From NCBI GenBank assembly GCA_964016885.1, contig OZ024751.1, positions 16,430,001 to 16,494,000 of the forward strand: DNA of 64,000 nt, written 5' to 3'. Of the stretch, positions 58,462 through 64,000 are shown one piece after another. The stretch's first letter is position 1; each line of letters opens with the position of its first letter. The notes beneath the pieces were generated by a model. It was given only the letters and a program-made list of their open reading frames with translations, searched no databases and was not told the DNA's origin. A program made the translations under genes and the position numbers. Source of the DNA: Eledone cirrhosa. Lineage: Eukaryota.

Positions 58462-60626
58462 AGATCAAATGATGGTTAAAGGAGTTCCATGTATTTTATT
58501 ATGCGCATTTCAAAAACAAACATCATCATGCAATAATATTTGTGTTTTCATCAGATAAAACAGGAGAACATGATATGAAGGCTAAAAAACACTTGTGGAT
58601 AGTGCAGTTTTAAATCAACATATGAAAAGTGGTTTTAGATTGATGTGTGATATTGGGAAAAATATTTTATTTAGAGAGAGGGGGGGGGGTGGAAAGGATG
58701 AAAAAGGGGAGGAGATGAGAGGGAGAGATGGGTGATAGAGAGAAAGAGATAGTTTTTTATAACTGAGAGGAGATATATTGTTTTACATAGAGAGGTTGAA
58801 AACCGTTGGAAGATAATGTATAAATTAAAAAAAATTTGAAAATTAACGAAGGGAGGATATGTGCGAGGAAAAAATATTTTATTTAGGGAGGGGGGTGGAA
58901 AGGATGAAAAAAGGGGGAGGAGATGAGAGTGAAGGTGGAGAGGGAGAGATGGGTGATAGAGAGAAAGAGATAGTTTTTATAACTGAGAAAAAGATATATT
59001 GTTTTACATAGAGAGGTTGAGAACCGTTGGAAGATAATGTATAAATTAAAGGAATTTGAAAATTAACGAAGGGAATTTATGTATGAAGATAGAATATTCA
59101 TCCACAATTATTATTTTTCTCTCTAACGTCAAAAAACTATAACTAGCACCAATTCCTTCACCTATTTTGGCTCCACTTCCACCTCTTTTAAAGCTCGTCT
59201 CTATAATCATCATTCATCTTTCAAATACAAACTTAAAAGAACCAACACTGCTCTCTCAGAACTCATATGGTCCTTAAAAGACAAAAACATTAAATATACC
59301 ATCTTTTGGAAGAAGGTTTCTTCTGCATCCTCATACTTGAACAGCTCTCTATCTAAAATCTGTAATCTCTGCCTAAATGAAAAATTTACCATTATCTCTA
59401 ACCTAGATTCTATAATAAATAGACGTACAGATTTGTTTTCTATCTGCCTGCATAAATTCCATAGGACTTTTCACAAAGTATAGTTAATATTCAATTCTTT
59501 ATCAATTTAGAATCTTTTCTCAAAGGCACATATACATACACCTCTTTAAAATGTACCCATCTTCCTACCATACTTTAAAGGGCATTATACACTCTATAAT
59601 ACTTGTTTACTCATTACCCTCATTCTATCTTCACCTTGTAAAATCCTTCATAACATATACATTTGTTTTTTTGACGTTAGAATATTCATCCGCAATCATT
59701 ATTATTTTTTCTCTCTATCATAAATCTTTTTAATCTCAATTTCATCCTTAATTTATTATTTTTTTCTCCCCATCAACGAACTCATTCTTAATACATATTA
59801 ACTCTTTATTCGCATATATTATCAATTCCTTCAATATACAAACTTTAACTTCACATTATTTTTCTCAAATCCTTCTACACACAAACCTTAATAATTTTTC
59901 TCTTCGTTAATTTTGAAATTGCCACAATACTTATCAACATACACTTTTTTTGACGTTAGAATATTCATCCACAATTATTATTTTTTCTCTCTATCTTCAT
60001 ACATAAATTCCCTTCGTTAATTTTCAAATTCCTTTAATTTATACATTATCTTCCAACGGTTCTCAACCTCTCTATGTAAAACAATATATCTTTTTCTCAG
60101 TTATAAAAACTATCTCTTTCTCTATATCATCCATCTCTCCCTCTCCACCTTCACTCTCATCTCCTCCCCCTTTTTTCATCCTTTCCACCCCCCCTCCCTA
60201 AATAAAATATTTTTTCCTCGCACATATCCTCCCTTCGTTAATTTTCAATTTTTTTTTAATTTATACATTATCTTCCAACGGTTTTCAACCTCTCTATGTA
60301 AAACAATATATCTCCTCTCAGTTATAAAAAACTATCTCTTTCTCTCTATCACCCATCTCTCCCTCTCATCTCCTCCCCTTTTTCATCCTTTCCACCCCCC
60401 ATCTCTAAATAAAATATTTTTCCCAATATCACACATCAATCTAAAACCACTTTTCATATGTTGATTTAAAACTGCACTATCCACTAGTGTTTTTTAGCCT
60501 TCATATCATGTTCTCCTGTTTTATCTGATGAAAACACAAATATTATTGCATGATGATGTTTGTTTTTGAAATGCGCATAATAAAATACATGGAACTCCTT
60601 TAACCATCTTTTGAACTTATATTATG
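58458..60626 (+). mobile_element. Naiad-type PLE 3' fragment with ~680-bp inverted copy of its 3' end (arms 58458-59136/59945-60626)
   Basis: Open frame 59142-59483 reads TYFGSTSTSFKARLYNH..CNLCLNEK..FHKV*, homologous to 47450-47783; arms are reverse complements. Confidence 0.9.
60519..60585 (+). ncRNA. Hammerhead in the PLE 3' end; mirror copy 58494-58560(-)
   Basis: UUUUAU-CUGAUGA-AAAC..GUUUUU-GAAA-UGCGCA-UA/AUAAAA; palindromic stem III. Confidence 0.75.
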
Positions 60627-60708
60627 TATACTCCAGTCCTACAAACTGTAGAGTGCTTCTTATCCGATATCTGCATTGCTTTATTGTACTACAATAAAAC
60701 TCACCTCC

Positions 60709-60757
<49 letters not shown>

Positions 60758-61143
60758 GGGTATAAGTATCGTAGCAGAGAAGGAAGCAGAGAGGTACAGA
60801 GAGATGCGTCGGTGAAAGGGGCATAAACACTAAGGGAGGTAACTGTACGGTGCTAGGCTGTAAATTACCCTAAAATTTGTTTTAACCTATCCCAGCTAAG
60901 GGGAAGTTTAGCACGGTGACCCTAACTCACTAGGTGATGGGTAGTGCCTCGGTAAAAATCCGATGACTGGTTGATAGCGTCATTAGACACTGCACTTTGG
61001 CCTACATATTGCAGATGGAATAAGTAGTGGTGCGATGCAGATAGCTGCGGGCATAGGATGTTATTCCGGTTCTAGAGACCACTTGTATATATATAAATCT
61101 ATTGTTCTGAGAAAATTGCAAACTTGACTGTCACCACAGAATA

Positions 61144-61182
61144 TGAACCTGAAGATTGCGAAAGCATGAAAATACTTGTTCA
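61144..61182 (+). ncRNA. Minimal type I hammerhead
   Basis: UGAAC-CUGAAGA-U-UGC(gaaa)GCA-U-GAAA-(auac)-UU/GUUCA. Confidence 0.7.
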
Positions 61183-61297
61183 ATTAACACTTAACATTTA
61201 ATATTCTACCATACTATTTCATTCTAATACCATTATAAATTTTAAAGGATTGTAAATAAAACGAGTAAATCAGACAACGTTGGAATTTCTTTTATTA

Positions 61298-61336
<39 letters not shown>

Positions 61337-61461
61337 TATCCACGGTAAGTTGTGGGGTCTATTCTGCATGAAGAACTCAATGTAATCCATATGTTGAAAA
61401 TGTTGTAGGTTAAGATAAATGCCGGAAAACAATAACACATTAAAAGGAAAACAGAGTCATG

Positions 61462-61823
61462 ATATAAGTTAAAACATTGAAATAAAAAATCAAGTCATTA
61501 GAGATATACTTCACTGCTTTACGATCGTTTCTAGGTGATGATAATACATTGTAGCTATACTTCGTTATTGATCTATGTAAGGTTAGTTACAAAATATCAG
61601 ATAAAGAGAATATTTACTTACATGCATATCACCAGCTGTTTTCAAAAGCAATTGCTGGTGATATGCTTGTAAGTAAATATTCTCTTTATCTGATATTTTG
61701 TAACTAACCTTACATAGATCAATAACGAAGTATAGCTACAATGTATTATCATCACCTAGAAACGATCGTAAAGCAGTGAAGTATATCTCTAATGACTTGA
61801 TTTTTTATTTCATTGTTTTAACT

Positions 61824-61828
<5 letters not shown>
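61462..61828. repeat. Near-perfect fold-back, 175-bp arms (61462-61636/61654-61828)
   Basis: Reverse-complement arms with a 17-nt loop; contains GAAA-CGATCG-TA, resembling a hammerhead 3' half. Confidence 0.9.
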
Positions 61829-61854
<26 letters not shown>

Positions 61855-62694
61855 GGGGGGGCGAGTGAAAGAGAGAGAGAGAGAGACAGAGAGAGAGCTA
61901 AAAGGATATAGAGAAAGAAAGAGAGAGTATAGAAAAACAGAGGTAAGAGAGGTATTTTTTCATGGATAATACATTGCTGACGCCACTGTGCTAGAGGTTA
62001 ATCCAGTTTATGAAAGATTTTGCATATAACTTTTCTAATTTCTTATGATTAGTCTAGATTAATATTCTTTCTACATCAGTTAAAATTGAACAAAACAAAG
62101 ACATAAAAAATAATTTACAGAACGTTCCTCAGAATAAACCCCGTGAAAATTAAGGAAAAATTTCCACATACACGAGCACAGCATATCTCCAATGGTTTAT
62201 TAGATATTTTCAACACGGTGTTGTGGCAGTACATTATAATACAGAACACGAATAACAATTTACAATTCAATGACAAATAGAAAATTAGCTTTGGAGCCTT
62301 GATTACTTGCGTAATACAAAGCTTTCTACAGACATAGAAATACACCACACATCACATATAGTATAAGAAATACAAGTTAAGTGTTAAAGAATTTAAAACT
62401 ATGGGGAATATATCTGTAGCTGGTACAAACAACATTCGTTTATTTCCTTCGTTACCTACATAAAACTCGGTTAAAGTGTCCATATATTAGATGAGGGTGA
62501 GAATGTCGAGAAATATTATTGGACGTAGGAGTACTTTCATAAGGAAACATGATAAATCTTCCATAACTACTCTTAAACTCTAAACGTGTGGTGTTTACAT
62601 TAAAGACGCACACACACACACACACACATACACGTATAAAAAGAAATACAAGTACATTATGAATATGTACGATGTGTTTCTTCTCTTACATTCT

Positions 62695-62839
<145 letters not shown>

Positions 62840-62869
62840 TATATATATGAATGTAATCTGAGTTTGTCG

Positions 62870-63428
62870 AATATTAATAATAATATTCGATTCGTTTACA
62901 ATTATGCAAATAAGCCTAATTTTTAAAGTCATGTCAGTAGCATGAGCCCTTCATTCTTGCTCTTGTGTTGGCATCTAAACAGAACTGCAGACACTAATGT
63001 TTCTGGGTATCACCCTTCATCAGTACAGTTCTCTGTTGAACTGCCAAACTGTCAGAGCTAGTGAAAATATATGCTATTTTCAAAAATACACAGTGACTGA
63101 TCGGCCTGATTTGCATATTAGCAGACTGGCTGGCCAGTCAGATCGGCATATTGGCAGATCCACTGCTCAGCCAGATTTGCATATCAGTAGACTGGCGAGT
63201 CAGTTTCTTGTATACGAGCAATCAATGGACGGCTTTGCCATATTCAAATATAGAAGAAAAAGATTTTTGCTCTACATGGCTGAATACAATAAATGTTATC
63301 GGAGTTTTTCGAATATTAAGAACAATATTCGATTCGTTTGCAATTTTGCAAACAAGCCTTATTTTTAAAGCCATGTCAGTAGAACGTACCCCTCAATCTT
63401 GCTCTTGTGTTGGCATGTGAACAGAACT
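62870..63428 (-). mobile_element. Permuted 1.3-mer cassette: ~118-bp direct repeats (period ~441 bp) with hammerhead core 62994-63027(-)
   Basis: Repeats at 62870-62986 and 63311-63428; CUGAUGA-A-GGGU(gau)ACCC-A-GAAAC; (TA)n near both ends. Confidence 0.65.
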
Positions 63429-63627
63429 TATATATATATATATATATATATATACGGGGTAACAAATTATTGTTATAGGTAGTCCACTTAAGTGTAGTCC
63501 AGTTATGGTACTCCGGGTAATGGATGATATCAACGCTTGGCTAAGTTTGACTCAACAAGGCGTTTCCATAGTGATGTTGCGGGTACGCTGTAATTCCTAT
63601 GTTGTAAACACTTGGAGTAATAATAAG

Positions 63628-63963
63628 TCAGGAAAGAAGAGGGACACGGTTTGCAATACAAAAAAGGTTTTTAATCTCATTGCTAACAATTGTTTCTCTG
63701 AATTGATAGGTCAAGAGATCGCTACCCGCTTGTTTTCACGTTATTCGATCACCAATACAAAGTTATAACCAGTCAATCCATCTGAGCTTGATTCTCACAA
63801 GCACCGATGAATTGACTGGTTATAACTTTGTATTGGTGAGCGAATAACGTGAAAATAAGCGGGTAGCAATCTCTAGACCTACCAGTTCAGAGAAACAATT
63901 GTCAGCAATGAGATGAAAAACCTTTTTTGTATAGCAAACAGTGTCACTCTTCTTTCGTGATTA
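63628..63963. repeat. Imperfect fold-back (~160-bp arms) with decayed long-stem-II hammerhead 63804-63906
   Basis: Centre CTTG-ATTCTCA-CAAG; CCGAUGA...GAAA-CAAUUG-UC/AGC. Confidence 0.7.
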
Positions 63964-64000
63964 TATATATTTTTATATATATATATATATACTCTTGTGC

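Noticed and set aside
62115-62348. 77-aa minus-strand ORF with plausible splice sites
   Set aside because: No recognisable domain; would need RNA-seq or homology support

Overview
AT-rich, microsatellite-saturated eukaryotic intergenic or intronic DNA. An invertebrate, probably octopus/cephalopod, origin is inferred from the SINE types and (TA)n load. I found no convincing host exon; almost all long ORFs in the track are simple-repeat artefacts. Recognisable coding remnants are two Naiad-type Penelope-like retroelements (PLE; RT 'YRDD' plus Cys-rich GIY-YIG), a head-to-tail cluster of three Tx1-like LINE pieces in (TATC)n, and small RTE-type LINE 3' fragments. About 20 copies of a tRNA-derived SINE, two minisatellites and very long compound (TA)n arrays fill much of the rest. 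The main signal is roughly 25 hand-folded type I hammerhead-ribozyme (HHR) motifs, intact or decayed, from about 10 unrelated sequence families. Several have non-canonical cores that recur between copies or are compensatory (A4, U3:A8, U10.1/U11.1). Most sit in short non-coding cassettes embedded in (TA)n tracts, often arranged as fold-back palindromes, nested inverted repeats or a permuted 1.3-mer. This suggests a community of (TA)n-targeted, ribozyme-bearing PLE termini or retrozyme-like mini-elements. All folds were done by eye and no activity is demonstrated.
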